Origin: Octopus vulgaris
Lineage: Eukaryota
Assembly: GCA_951406725.2 (NCBI GenBank)
Contig: OX597823.1
Coordinates: forward strand, 52,204,001-52,268,000
Direction: 5' to 3'
DNA: 64,000 bases
The translations under genes and the position numbers were made by a program. Position 1 is the stretch's first letter; the number at the start of each line of letters is the position of its first letter. The notes under the pieces were generated by a model. That model was given only the letters and a program-made list of their open reading frames with translations, was not told the origin of the DNA and did not search any database. Of this stretch, positions 27,813 to 41,496 are shown in pieces.

Positions 27813-28611
27813 ACGTAGTTTTAAATATGATATACTGGAAGAAAAATGGAGTAATCTGCGATTGCCATGTCTTTTGTCTCTGGATGTCTCAGTTAAGATC
27901 AGCTGAGTGCCTAAACAACAACAATAAAAACCTGGACATGGTTGGTAGAAATCATAACCAAATCCAGTCTCCAAGAAATAGCCAAGAAATTTTCCTCAAA
28001 ACAATCTACCGTTCTAGAATAATTTCAATAATTACTCCAGAATAATCACTCAAATCTCTTTCACAAATCAGTACTGAGCTGGCTAAACAACAACAACAAC
28101 AACAACAAAAACAACAATAACAACAACGATGACGACAACAACAACAACAGCAGTGATATAACTTTAATGTATTCCTATTAAACAAAATATTAAAAATTCA
28201 TTAGTTTTATTGCTATGTAACTATTAAGTGCAATGGGTTGTCAGAATCAGTAGAGTGACTGACAAAATGACATGTGCTACGTAGTTATGACTCATTGCAT
28301 TTGGATTCTGAATCTTACTAAAATCAACTTTGCCTTTTATCCTTTGACTGTAAATGTGTAGTCACCATTTGAGATCATTGAAGATTATGTGGCCTAATAC
28401 TTGAAAAGCTTCAGAATGTTTTAATTGTGAGGTGTTCATTGATGCTGTTGTTTTTGTTGTTTAATTCCCAAACTGATTGGACAGATGTATGAGTAAAGAA
28501 GGTCCAACTATGGGTATACTTTATCTGGGATAATGTTTATTCTATGTATTTTTCTTTCCTTCACGATGGCAAGATGCAATGGGAGGGAGACTGGGGTCCT
28601 ACTTTTCTGAA

Positions 28612-28998
28612 GGATGTGTCAGTGTGGTAAGGGGTTTACTCCTCAATCAAATTATTCCAGGTTCAGTTCCCTTGTGTGCCAATTGAGGCAGGTGTCTTTC
28701 CTTATAGCCCCTGGCCAACCAAAGTTTTGTAAATGGATTTGGTTGACAGAAAGGCGGCGAGCTGGCAGGAACATTAGCACACCAGGCAAAATGCTTAGTG
28801 GTATTTCATCTGCCATTACATTCTGAGTTCAAATTCCACTGAGGTCGACTTTACCTTTCATCCTTTTGGGGTCAAGAAATTAAGTATGAGTTACACACTG
28901 GGTTGATGTAATCGACTTAATCCCTTTGTCTGTCCTCGTTTGTCCCCTCTATGTTTAACCCCTTGTGGGCAATAAAGAAATAAGAAACTGAAAGGAGC
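28612..28998 (+). mobile_element. SINE family A (28752-28985) nested inside an older family B copy
   Basis: Family B reads to GGATTTGGTTGACAGAAA, switches to GGCGGCGAGCTGGCAG, and resumes GAAACTGAAAG after the A tail. Confidence 0.85.
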
Positions 28999-29007
28999 TC
29001 ATTGCAC

Positions 29008-29053
<46 letters not shown>

Positions 29054-29372
29054 GCATGCAGAAGAGCTTTGAGGTCAAACTTGATACCTGGCAATTGTAA
29101 GCACAAGGTAGCCCTGCTTGGTGTAGGTATGCTTATAGATGTGCCACCTCCTACAAATAGGGCAGAATTGTAAGGACATGAAGAAAACACAAACTACACA
29201 AGTCCAGAGCCCACTCCTTGCCTTTAGTTTCAATGGGCCACCAGTGCCTAACCAGTGACAGAGCCTTCCAAGCATACACTGGACTGATTGTTCACTGTGT
29301 CCCATCTTCTTTTTCCATGTAATGTCCTTCATCATCATCAACAACAACAAATGAAATAATAATAATAATAAT

Positions 29373-29620
29373 ATGATAGTAGGTGCATTAGGTGTGCTAA
29401 AAATAATTCAGACAAATATATAACAAAAACACCAGGATGTACAAATATATATAACATACAGAAAATTGCACTACTGGGCACTGCACACATTCTACACAAA
29501 ACACTCTCAATATAGTAACCATAAGAGCATCACAACAAACCAGAGCACATACTCAAGGCACACAGAGCTCACTCGGTAGTGAAGTGAAAGCATGATATAA
29601 AAATAAAACATCTGAATAAT
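29373..29620 (+). mobile_element. 3' end of a Dong/R4-clade (restriction-like endonuclease) non-LTR retrotransposon in a (TAA)n tract
   Basis: Translates MIVGALGVLK/(frameshift)NSDKYITKTPGCTNIYNIQKIALLGTAHILHKTLSI*, matching the R4/Dong C-terminus; (AAT)n on both sides. Confidence 0.8.
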
Positions 29621-30188
29621 AATATTAAAAGCAACAACAACAATAATAATGATAATAATAATGGACGATCATTTTAACATCCATGCAAGAAGTGCAAAAG
29701 ATTGTTTTAATTGGTATGTCACACTTATTGAGAAAAGCATTGTCACTGTGAATTTTCTTTCCTTGTTTTCCCTTTTATTTTATTTTTCTGTTTCTCATTT
29801 CTTCCTATGTTTTTGTTTTTTCTTCTTTTTCTTTCTTTTATTCTTCCCCAATTATTTTTCTACCGCATGACTTTGTAAATAAACAATCTGGTGTGCTTAT
29901 TTTAATGGCCTGCCAATATATACAGAGAGCTTCTTTGCCCTAGGTGTTATGGAAATATTATAAGTAAAAGTTGACGATCAGAAGGGCATCAAAGCATGGG
30001 AGATCTGCCTCAATAAAATCTGTCTGGCCCATGCAAACATGGAAAAGTGGATTTTAAGATGATGATAATGAAGGGACTATCTAGATGTGCTCATGAATAA
30101 GTTGCACCCAAAAGTTGCACCCATTGTTTAAGATGCATTTTCTTTATAAGAGTAATAGGTATATCTAGAAACATGTTTGGTGTATTTT

Positions 30189-30381
30189 GTGCTGGTGCCA
30201 CATAAAATGCACCCAGTCCGCTATGTAGAGTGGCTGGTGTTAGGAAGTGCATCCAGCAGTAAATACCTTACCAAAACAGACACAGTAGCCTGGGGTAGTC
30301 TTCTAACTGGTTGGCTCCTGTGAACTGTCCCACCCATGCATGCATGGCAGATGGACATTAAACGATGATAATGATGATGAT
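30189..30381 (+). mobile_element. SINE family C, diverged
   Basis: GTGCTGGTGCCACATAAAATGCACCC..TAGGAAGTGCATCCAGC..GGACATTAAACGATGAT. Confidence 0.8.
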
Positions 30382-31096
30382 TCAGACACAAATGTAAATA
30401 TATGTAGAAGCAAACAAATTAACACACACACATACACTCACACACACACACACACACATTAACACCTACCACCCACCCCCACACTCACACACATCTACAC
30501 CTACCCACCATACACACACACACACACACACCCATCCACACATTCCACCCCACCCCCACCCCACACACACATACAAATAAATAAAGTCATTAACACTGTA
30601 GGCATTATTTTCTTTTTCGTTCAACATAGATGACATGCATTTAAGTATTTTCATATTCCAGATGCTACAGTTAGAAATGATTAAGTAGGAATTCAGAGCT
30701 GAAATGAGTTCTGAATCCATTTTGGTGAGAACTGAGTTCTTATTGGAGTTACACATGATTGCAGAGAGAGGGGGCAGCCAGGAAGAGAATAACAGAAGCA
30801 GTGTTAGGGAAGAGCGCAACAGAAGACAAAGAAAACAAAAAGTTTTGCCAGAGAGTTCAGTAGGGGAAGATGAAGTGTTACACCATATTATATTTTAGGT
30901 GGGTAGAGTAGCGCATGAAGGAAAGGTAGAATGATGAGGAAGAGTATCCAGAGCATGTCCTTGAGGGTAACTTGTCCAAGATAGTATGGTGATAGAAGAA
31001 TCAAGGAGGATGGACAAATGTTGCCAGAGTGAAGAGGCATCATGATTTGGGAGGATAGAAGAGAGAGGGGAAGTACGATCTGAGTCTTGGAGGTAG

Positions 31097-31367
31097 GTTG
31101 TTTGTTCCTTCTCGAGCCACGCCCGGCTCATAAGGGCTGGTTTCCCGGTTCCCTTGGCATATAGGTTCCTCATCTGGACAAGACGCCAGTCCATCACAGG
31201 TGAGCTGCAAGATGCAGGAGGAAAGAGTGAAAGAAAGTTGTGGTGAAAGAGTCAGCAGAACTTAGGTGTTTCACTCATAAACACACACATCGCCCGGTTT
31301 GAGATTTGAACCCGCAATCCCTCGACCACACGTCCACTGCTCTAACCACTAGGCCGTGTACTTCCAT
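31097..31367 (-). mobile_element. SINE family E (tRNA-derived head, V-domain-like segment)
   Basis: Minus strand GGCCTAGTGGTTAGAGCAGTGGAC..GCGGGTTCAAATCTC head; GATGGACTGGCGTCTTGTCCAG segment. Confidence 0.75.
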
Positions 31368-31645
31368 TGGAGTAGGACAAGTTAGGAGGGGTATACAATA
31401 TGTACAGGTCAAGTGCTTTCCCATCAGAGGTGGGTGGCATGCTATACTGAATGGAGAAAAAGATGATGATGAGATAAGAGGGTATAGAATAAGTACATTG
31501 CATAAGAGACTGACCACCATAAAGACACTCATAGACATGCTCCAACCTCTAGCCCACAGGTCTGTTTTCTCAGTTTCTTCCATAGCTTGTTGTTTACAGT
31601 ATGACCTTTATGGCATGTAACTTTGTGACTTAACATAAAAGAACC

Positions 31646-32156
31646 ATCATCATCATCATCATCATCTTTATCATCATCATTTAATGCCTGTTTTCCATGC
31701 TGGCATGGGTTGGACGATTTGACAGAAGCTGACCAGCTGAAGGGCTGTTCAGGCTCCATGTCTGCTTTGACATGGTTTGTATGGATGGATGCCCTTTCTA
31801 ACACCGACCACCTCACTGAGTGTACTGGGTGCTTTTACACAGCACTAGCATGGGTGCTTTTTAAATGGCACCAGCACTTATGAGCCCACAAGATTAGGGG
31901 TGCTCAAATAGAGAGGCTTGCAGGGGATAAGCCTGTATGTGAGAGCAACCCTGTTTTTACTTACCTTGATGTGTCATTTCAAGCACAGTAAATTGCCAGG
32001 TGCCTCAGTCCCCTGTCATCCTCTCTGTGAGTCCCAACATCTATAGATCCTTTCCCACCACTACGCCCCACTTCTTCCTGAGTTTACCCCTTCCACATGT
32101 TCCCTCTACAATTAAAGATCAGCACCTCTTGATGCAACTGTTTTCAATCATATGAG
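31646..32156 (-). mobile_element. 5'-truncated RTE-clade LINE (ORF2 C-terminus + 3' UTR)
   Basis: Minus strand translates CIKRC*SLIVEGTCGRGKLRKKWGVVVGKDL*MLGLTERMTGD*GTW (G-RGRPRK-W..DL..DR..W pattern); 3' end is the family C tail with (GAT)n. Confidence 0.8.
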
Positions 32157-32572
32157 TTACATAATAAAAAAAATTACTAGTTCTGGGGTTGATATGACCT
32201 TCAAGATGACATCCCAGCATGGCTACAGTCCAAATCTTCAATGAATCAATAGATGGATAGATGGATGGATGGATGGATGGATGCATAGAGAGATAAGCTG
32301 GTAGGTAGATAAGTAGGTAGATATGCTGGTTGTTTGTTTGGTTGGTTGTGATGTGTAGTGGTTCATTTTGGGATTTTTCTGTGTCTGTCAGTGTTATTCA
32401 TGAATTGTTTGATGAAGACAAGGACAAATGTTTTGGTAGAGAGTATTAAGAATAGCAAAGTATATTTTGTAGCATAAACAGTAGACTTCGTATCAGAAAT
32501 ATCCAGTTATTTATCTTGTCTTTCAGACACAAGGACAAGATATAAAAATATCAGTGGTATGCATATGTAAAT

Positions 32573-32607
<35 letters not shown>

Positions 32608-32877
32608 CACTTACATATAGACATCTACTCATGCAGAATAGGATTTAAGAAACATACTAGTTAAGTATAAATGTATTTGCAAAGAAAGATTTAATAAAAT
32701 ATTCCTAAAACAAAAGAAATAAGCCTTGTGACTTTTCTGTTTTCTCCTGTATTCTGGCATATAAACTTATATACATGCATACATATATACATACATACAT
32801 GTTGTACTTGCACAGACATGTATGTGTACAAATATGCACTACACACAAAGCCATATATGCCTATATTTGTAATATTT

Positions 32878-32962
<85 letters not shown>

Positions 32963-34396
32963 CATTTATGTATGTATGTATGTATGTATGTGTAGATATA
33001 TATAAACTTATATATGTGTATATATCTATGAGAGTTCTAAAAATCAAAATCAGGATTTTCTCAGTGTTCCAATCTATATGTAAATCTTTTGTCTTCTTAT
33101 CCAAGAAAAGCTTTTCCATTTTGTCTAAATCTTTGCTTCTTAAAGGGATCTTTCACATGAAAAGAAATCAGTCCTTTTGGTTATAGCAGTCATTTTGACT
33201 TGTACAAAGTATATGTCAGATATGAAGCAAATAACAGTTTGATTGTCTTTAGCTTCTTTTCAAAGGAATCAAGGGACAACCGCAGTGTAATAAGTTCGAT
33301 GTACAAAGAGCAAATGTATAGTTTATCACAGATTTTACAATAATACTCTAAACACTGGCAGAACACTTGCCCTTTGAGGTCATTCAAGTAGTTATTTATC
33401 ATCATTGTTTACTTATTTTTATATGAAAATATACACACATAAAAAAAATTGTAACTGAATTACATTGCTCTAATCATAGAAGAAGCAATGAAAAGATGCA
33501 GGCATTTGAAAAGTGTAATGTTTGTGAGTAATAACTTGTGTCTAATCTTTGATTGTTCCAAGTCAAAAGAAAGATAACTATTTGAATGTCCAGTTTTGTT
33601 ACATAAGATTTTATAGGAATAGAAGAGAAATAGTTTACTTGCTGTTAAGGTTATATGCATTCTGTTTATTTATATTTGAGTATTTTTACCTCTTCTACCA
33701 AAATAAACATTTTAGAATTAGTATTGGAATATAGAATAAGCAGTGTTCTGTCTATCTAAGAAGCTGGAGAAGTGAGTGAGGGAAAATGCTCAATGATCTT
33801 ACTAGCTGGCTATAGAAAGCTCAGCATGATAACATGGTAAATATTATGATGGAGAGAAGAGGTAGAGGCTCATCAAGGAATAGTTAGTTTATGTCACCCA
33901 GGTTAGCCCCTGATTTTGCCTCCCACCCCTTTCAGCCTTGCAGCTTTTACAGGCTTATACAGCAAACCCAAAAGTGCCATCTCCATAAAAGCATCACCTG
34001 GGGGCAGACTGCAAACTGGCCTCTTGTTCTAGCTATGCTACTGAAGTTTGTAATTATTGATGTGTGTAAACACGACACTTGAAAAAGCTCCACCTAAAAA
34101 ATGCAAAAGTAAATCACCTATCAATTTAACACTCTTTGTATTGTCTTCCTTCCTCTCATCTACAAAATACTGAGAGGTGAGGAAATTCCAAGTTTGGAAT
34201 GTAAACTGCTTTAACAATTGTATTTACAATAAAACCTCTTGGCTCATCCAACTATCCAGTAATTAGAAGACGATAAAAGTAATAGGTGTGATTGGGCTGT
34301 GCTAACCAAACTTTTCCTCAACTGGGGAGAAAGCCCTCTGCCTATCTATTTCAATGATTTCATTTCAATATTTATTTTCTTATCTAACTAAGCACC

Positions 34397-34560
34397 AAGC
34401 TGGCAGAATCGTTAGCATGCCAGAGGAAATGCTTAGCAGTATTTCATCTGCCCTTACATTCTGAGTCAAAATCCCATTGAGGTCAGCTTTGCCTTTCATC
34501 CTTTCAAGGTTGATAAAATAAGTATCATTTGAACTTTTGGGATTGATGTAATTGACTTAA
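34397..34560 (+). mobile_element. SINE family A
   Basis: AGCTGGCAGAATCGTTAGCATGCC..TTTGCCTTTCATCCTTTC. Confidence 0.85.
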
Positions 34561-34745
34561 CTACTCCTGGATAAGAATATAAAAACTGCACCACACTGCC
34601 AAGCTATATCAAGCCTGTGTGACAGTGTAGGCTCATCAAACAAGTATGATCTCAAGTTCGAATTCACAGCCTTCAGATCAGACTGTGGCTGTAGAATGTG
34701 GTGAAGAGATCATGCTGAGGCCTTCATCCTGCAGTGGACTGGAGA

Positions 34746-34966
34746 TCATCATCATCATCATCATCGTTTAACGTCCGCTTTCCATGCTAGCGTGGGCTGG
34801 ATGATTTGACTGAGGACTGGCAAACCAGATGGCTGCACCAGGCTCCATCTTGATTTGGCAGAGTTTCTACAGCTGGATGCCCTTCCTAATGCTAACCATT
34901 CCGAGAGTGTAGTGGGTGATTTTATGTGCCACCAGCATGAGGGCCAGTCAGGCAGTACTGGCAACA
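34746..34966 (-). mobile_element. SINE family C
   Basis: (CAT)n CGTTTAACGTCCGCTTTCCATGCTAGC..GGATGCCCTTCCTAA. Confidence 0.88.
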
Positions 34967-35208
34967 ATCCCAGAAATCGTGTATTTTTTTTTGTAATCTA
35001 ATCCACTCTAACTAAATATATTTTACTCTCCATTTTTTTTTTGCCCTCTCTCCTTTTTCCTTTCTATAGAAGAGCATAGGCTTGATATGTCAAAGACTGT
35101 TCCAATTTCCCTGAATGTTAAATTAATACATTGTGTTTATTGTTCCCTCACCAGTTTCTTTCTTTCATCTTTGTTTTTTGTACTATTTTAAATTATGAAT
35201 ATTTAATA

Positions 35209-35621
35209 GCGTTGGAGTGGCTGTGTGATAAGTAGCTTGCTTACCAACCACATGGTTCCAGGTTCAGTCCCACTGTGTGGCACCTTGGGCAAGTGTCTTC
35301 TACTATAGCTTTGGGCCAACCAAAACCTTGTGAGTGGATTTGGTAGATGGAATCTGAAAGAAGCCCGTCGTATATATGTATATGTATATATATGTAAGTG
35401 TGTGTATATGTTTGTGTGTCTGTGTTTGTCCCCCCAACATCACTTGACAACTGATGCTGGTGTGTTTACGTCCCCGTAACTTAGCGGTTCAGCAAAAGAG
35501 ACCGATAGAATAAGTACTAGGCTTACAAAGAATAAGTCTTGGGGTCGATTTGCTCGACTAAAAGGCAGTGCTCCTGCATGGCCACAGTCAAATGACTGAA
35601 ACAAGTAAAAGAGTAAAAGAA
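35209..35621 (+). mobile_element. SINE family B, full length
   Basis: A/B-box head, CORE-like CACCTTGGGCAAGTG, internal microsatellite, (GTAAAAGA)n tail. Confidence 0.92.
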
Positions 35622-36337
35622 CCTAGCAACCATTCCCACATCATCATTTAATTTAGTGTATTCATTTTCTATCAATGTAAATGTAAAATTATCTTTTGTT
35701 TTGTTTGCACAAGATTGCTCTGCCTCTTCATAATTATCTTCCCACCACTGAATGGTTATTTGTTTAAAAAAAAAAAGAAACGAATTCTGTGAGTATTCTT
35801 TTTCTATGTGAAATACTGTTGATCCCTAAAATGGAAAAACCATTTTAAAGCTTAAAGAATGCAAATGGATTATTTTCACTGTAGTCGTTGAAGTACCTCA
35901 AGAGAAGTAAAAGAAAGTTGAGATAATTGTGTATTTCCTATGGAAATAATGGAAGCAACTAAAATATTTCAGACTCAGAACTGAAACCAATAAACCCATC
36001 CCTGCATTACTAGAGTTTTATCAGTTTTCTCATAATCTCAGATTAAATCGCTTGCTAAACAAACACAGCTCCAGAATGTTGGTAAATTCTATTATCTGAT
36101 TCCTGAAAAACAGAAAGGAAAAAAAAAAAAAGCAAAGATTAATACTCTGCTAAAGTTTCCCCATTAAACATTGTATCTCGCACAAAACATGCAAAAAGAT
36201 TGGAAACAATCATTACGAAATTTTATCTAACAAGAATATGAAAAAAAAAGAAATCTTTTGGACTGAAGTGTATTTTAATGACAACCATTAAAATCTAGTT
36301 GTATTTTGTTTAGTTGTTCTAAAATGTGATAGTATAT

Positions 36338-36380
36338 ACTTTCCTGATGAGGTCAAACAAGACCAAAACATGTTTGGAGT
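36338..36380 (+). ncRNA. Decayed minimal hammerhead motif
   Basis: ACTTTC-CTGATGA-GGTC-AAACAA-GACC-AAAAC-AT-GTT-TGGAGT: perfect stem II, palindrome AACATGTT, but G12 changed to A at a CpG and weak stem I. Confidence 0.5.
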
Positions 36381-36515
36381 TTTCACTACTGATGTGGCTG
36401 TGTTGTAAGAAGTTCCCTTCTGAACCATATGGTTCTAGGTTCAGTCCCACTGCATGGCACTTTGGGCAAGTATTTTCTACTATAGCCTTCCATATATATA
36501 TATATATATATATAT

Positions 36516-36556
<41 letters not shown>

Positions 36557-38496
36557 CACATATATATATATATGTATATATATATATAGTTCAAATTTAT
36601 AGAAAACCATGTATATATATGTATGTGTGTGTGTGCATGTGTGTGTGTGTATACACTCACATACATATAAGGATTGGTAGGGGTGATACAATTTTGTTTA
36701 CAAGTGTGGGAAAAGAACTCAGTGCATCAATCAGATTGCTTATATATTTTATAAGAAACTCTAGCTGCCTGATACATAACTCTGAGTTCCTCCTTGCCAA
36801 CTGGTTGGACAGTTTTGAAGAATCAGAAACTTGAAACATGAGTTATGACCAAAGACACTTCACACCCTAATGAAATACATACACACTCTCATGTGCATGT
36901 TTGTCTATATGTGTGTGTGTGTGTGTGTGTGCATATGTGTGTGTGTGTGTGTGAGCATGTGTGTGTGAATGCATGTAACCTTGTGTATGTCAACTTTGTG
37001 CATTTCATACTGTTGTAATATACATTCATTTCCCTAATCATAATCATTACCGGTGAAATATATCTCAATCAATGACAGGCAGCAGAAGAATTCATAAGGG
37101 GAACTTGGGAAGTTAATTAGTCAGCTGTTAATTAAAAGTGAAATTTCTTAGTAAGAGACTTTTGTCACTAATTTCTTGACTCTAGCCTATTTAATAAGAA
37201 GATCAACAGAAACTGAATGCTACATCTTAAGCAGCTGTATATGCAGGTGACTGAATGCCTTACCATATTTTCATATGCGTCCACACCAGCATCTCTTCCT
37301 ATGTATATTTGTGCTACAATATTTTGCATGTATGTATGTAAATATTTGAATGTGAGACTATCATCTTGCATAGTTGTTATATGTATCTGTGCATGCATTT
37401 ATGTATTCATATATAGAGATATGTATATATATATACACACATATATATATATATATATACACACATAGGTACATATGCATATATATGTGTATGTGTATGT
37501 TTAAATCTATATCTATGTTTTACACACACACATATATACGTGTGTGTATGTATATATATATACATGCATATATATGTATGTATGCATATATGTATATATG
37601 TATATATGGGTGTGTGTGTGTCTGTGTGGGTGGGTGTATGTGTGTGTAGATACATTATATGTATATATATATGCACACATGTATATGCACAAGAACACAC
37701 ACGAGGACATACAAGCACATACGAACACTCAAAAACACACACTCATACACACACACACATACAGACACACTCAGACACACTCACACACACTCAAACACAC
37801 TCATATTCTCACACTTGAAGACAATAAACAGACACACAAATCACTATAGAGAACTTGACTTAACCACAAATTTTGCCAGTGAACTATCAGAAAGATGATG
37901 ACCTACTAAGAATTAACTTACTAATTATACAGCAGTATGATTAATATATACGTTCGTTAATGCATTGTCGGGAGCAGTTGCACACTTATCATGCAGCTTT
38001 TGATTGATTGGCTATTGACTGGTGATGTTTCGATTGCAAAGTTAATAAACTAATTTGTGACAATGCAAGTAATAGCCAGTGATCTATCTGAGTACATTGT
38101 GATGGCCGTTATGGCCTTTCTGTAATAATTAATAACACACTAACTATTGTGTGTCATAACCTTTTGATGGAGTGATACATTGGAATAACAGTGCAGGATT
38201 GATATGAAGTCAAAGGTTTGCGAGAAATACGGAGCTAATTGATAGACGTCCTGGCCAGATAGCTACCAACAAAAACAAACAATTGCCCGATAAATGGGTG
38301 TGTCAAGCTGAAGTTTACCTTTCCTGTCATCAAAATACACCCACACACACCCACACATACACAAATACAAATATATATATACACATACATATAAAAAGGC
38401 AGAGAGAGACAGACAGACAAACAGACAAACAGACCAGCAGACATGAGTATAGATGTATGTGTCTCTGAAAGTGTTATTATATTCAGTATACCCACA

Positions 38497-38542
<46 letters not shown>

Positions 38543-38948
38543 TATATATTATATATATATATTATATATTATATATATATATATTATATATTATATACAT
38601 ATATATATATATAAATATATAAATATCTATATATATATGTAATATATATGTATATGTATGTGTGTATATATATATATGCATATATATATACATAACCTAT
38701 ATATATTCATATGCATATATATACATATGTATATATCTATCTATATATGTATATATGTATATGTATATATATATATATAAACATATATATATATACATAT
38801 ATACATTTTGCATATATGCATATTTAGATTTATGTGTGTGTATCTATCTATATATACATAATATATACATACACACACACACATACACACATATATCTAA
38901 ATATAGTTTTATATTGTGCCTAGATGCTTTTATCAATTTATTGTGTGT

Positions 38949-39010
<62 letters not shown>

Positions 39011-39913
39011 GCACACAGGTGTGTGTGGATATTAGCATCTGTTGTCTGTAGTAATATATATGGAGAGAGTGTGAAGAAGAATGGAAAGTAAAATGGACAA
39101 AATGTGACAGAGTCACAATCAAATTTATTAGTTTAATACTTTAAAAATGTGGGTAAAGTTAGTAATGACATTCAGATACTCTCTTTCTTCAGAATATAAG
39201 AGTTGGGGTTGAAAGATGGGGTGGGAAACATAAAGAAAAACAAATGAAAAATGAAAATGGAAGGACAAAATAGATGAAGATATATATGTTAATGCATGTA
39301 TCATCATCATCATCATATAATCATCATCATAATAATAATAATCCATCATCATCATCATAATCATCATCATAATCGTCGTTGTCGTTGTCGTCGTTGTCAT
39401 CATCATCATCATCACCATCGTCATCATTGTGTTAATGTCCATTTTTCCATGCTCACATGGGTTAGCCAGAATTTGTAGAGGTAGGTTTTTTATGGCCAGA
39501 TGACCTACCTGTTGCCAACTCTCACCAAGTGAGGTAAAATTTCCCATGTCCAAAATGGAAAAGGCTCATCTAATTTGAGTATGTCAATGCTTCTGACCCT
39601 GTATTGAAGCAGCCATTGATGCTAATACTGTATTCACTAAATAGACAAGACAAAAGGATTCTCAAGATTATTTGTACAAATTTGCTTTTAAATACAGCTT
39701 CTCATTGATGCTCAGTTTGTCTTTTTCTAAATTTGTACAAATTACCTCAATAAAGTAACACACCCTTATATGTGTATGGTGTGTGTGTGTGTGTGAGTGT
39801 GTGTGCATGTGCATGCATGTGTCAGTGTGCTCAGCTTGCATGAAATATTGTCTGATATACATAATACGGAGGAAAAAAAATCGCCAATGATACACACGTG
39901 GAAATGAAACTCA

Positions 39914-40374
39914 ATGACTGGCATCCATGCTAGTGGAGCGCTAAGAGTACCATATGAGCATGATCATTGCCAGAGCAACAAACTGGCCTCTGCGCCAGTG
40001 GCACGTAAAAAGCTCCATTCTAGCGTGATCGTTACCTGCGTCACCTTACTGGCGCTTGTGCTGGTGGCACGGGAAAAAACATTTGAGTGAGGTCATTGCC
40101 AGTGCTGCTGGACTGGCTCCTGTGCAGCTGGCACATAAAAAGCACCATTTGAGCATGGCTGTTGCCAGTACCACCTGACTGGCCCTCGTGCTGGTGGCAA
40201 GTAAAAGCATCCACTACACTCTCAGAGTGGTTGGTGTTAGGAAGGGCATCCAGCTGTAGAAACTCTGCCAGATCAGATTGGAGTCTGGTGCAGCCATCTG
40301 GTTTGCCAGACTGCAGTCAAATCGTCTAACCCATGCTAGCATGGAAAACAGACATTAAACGATAATGATGATGA
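39914..40374 (+). mobile_element. SINE family C with ~65-bp internal units
   Basis: TGGCACGTAAAAAGC-type units at about 39998, 40063, 40128, 40193, then the common tail. Confidence 0.88.
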
Positions 40375-40511
40375 TATATATATATATATATATATATAGT
40401 GTAAACAGATTTAGTGGTTATAATATATATATATTGAGATACCTGGTGCCTTGCTCCACAGCCAAAGTGTTAAAGTTTGTAATGTTGCAGAGGATTGGCC
40501 TACAAGAGTCT

Positions 40512-40918
40512 TGTGCTGGTGACACGTAAAAAGTACTTGTGCTGGTGCTATGTAAAAGCACTCATGTGCTGCCCCATAAAGCACCCATTACACTTTGTAA
40601 AGTGGTTGGCACTAGGAAAGGCATTCATTTATAAAAATTGTGCCAAATCAGACTAGGGCCTGGTGCAGCTCTCCAGTTTGCCAGCTCTGGTCAAACCGTC
40701 CAACCCAGGCCAGCATGGACAATGGACATTAAATGACGATGATGATGATGATGAAGATGATGATGGGCTTCTTTCAGTTTCTGGCTACCAGATCCTTTTA
40801 TAAGGTTTTGGTCAGTCCAAGGCTATAGCAGAAGATACTTGCTCAAGTTGCCACACAGTGGGACTGAACCCAGAACCATGTGGTTAGGAAGCAAACACTT
40901 TACCACATAACCACGCCT
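40512..40918. mobile_element. Family C copy (+, 40512-40765) abutting a family B 5' half (-, 40764-40918)
   Basis: (GAT)n tail runs directly into GGGCTTCTTTCAGTTT..ACCACATAACCACGCC. Confidence 0.8.
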
Positions 40919-41269
40919 GTGTCTCAATATGTGCATCTTTGTTGACTAAACTATCATTTAAAATGACTCTAAAGTATATGGCTAAAATTGTTTTTGTTTC
41001 AATTGAAAGAAGATTTCTCTATAAATGAGAGACAAAAGTACAAGAATATTGTTTACAAATCCTTTGATCTTTCCTAATATGGCAATTTTCCAAACTGAAC
41101 ATATGACTGTAATTGGATTAATAGTTACCTTGTCTGTGTAAACAACAACCACAGAATGATATTTGACTTTATATTAGCTCTCCAATTGAATACAATTGAT
41201 CATATTGATGGCTCAATTCTTGTTGGTGGTTTTGATATTAATAATGAGGAGCTGATATTAATAACACTT

Positions 41270-41496
41270 TTAGCCTTTTAGTATTTAAGCTGGCCATAGC
41301 AAGCCAAAATATTCTACTTGTTTTAAGTTCAAACTGATCAGAACTAGCCTCACACACATACCCTACAATGTCATTCTAAAAATAAACAATCACTTTGTCA
41401 CAATCCCAAAATAAGAAGTTAATGTGTGATTAATTAAAAACAATGTGAAAAAAGTAGCCATGCATTTGACAGAGTAATCTGAATGTTAAGGGCTAA
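41270..41496 (-). mobile_element. piggyBac-type MITE, diverged
   Basis: Reverse complement of 42227-42447. Confidence 0.75.

Noticed and set aside
30466-30562. G-quadruplex-prone tract on the minus strand
   Set aside because: Derived from a decaying (CA)n microsatellite; no evidence of function.
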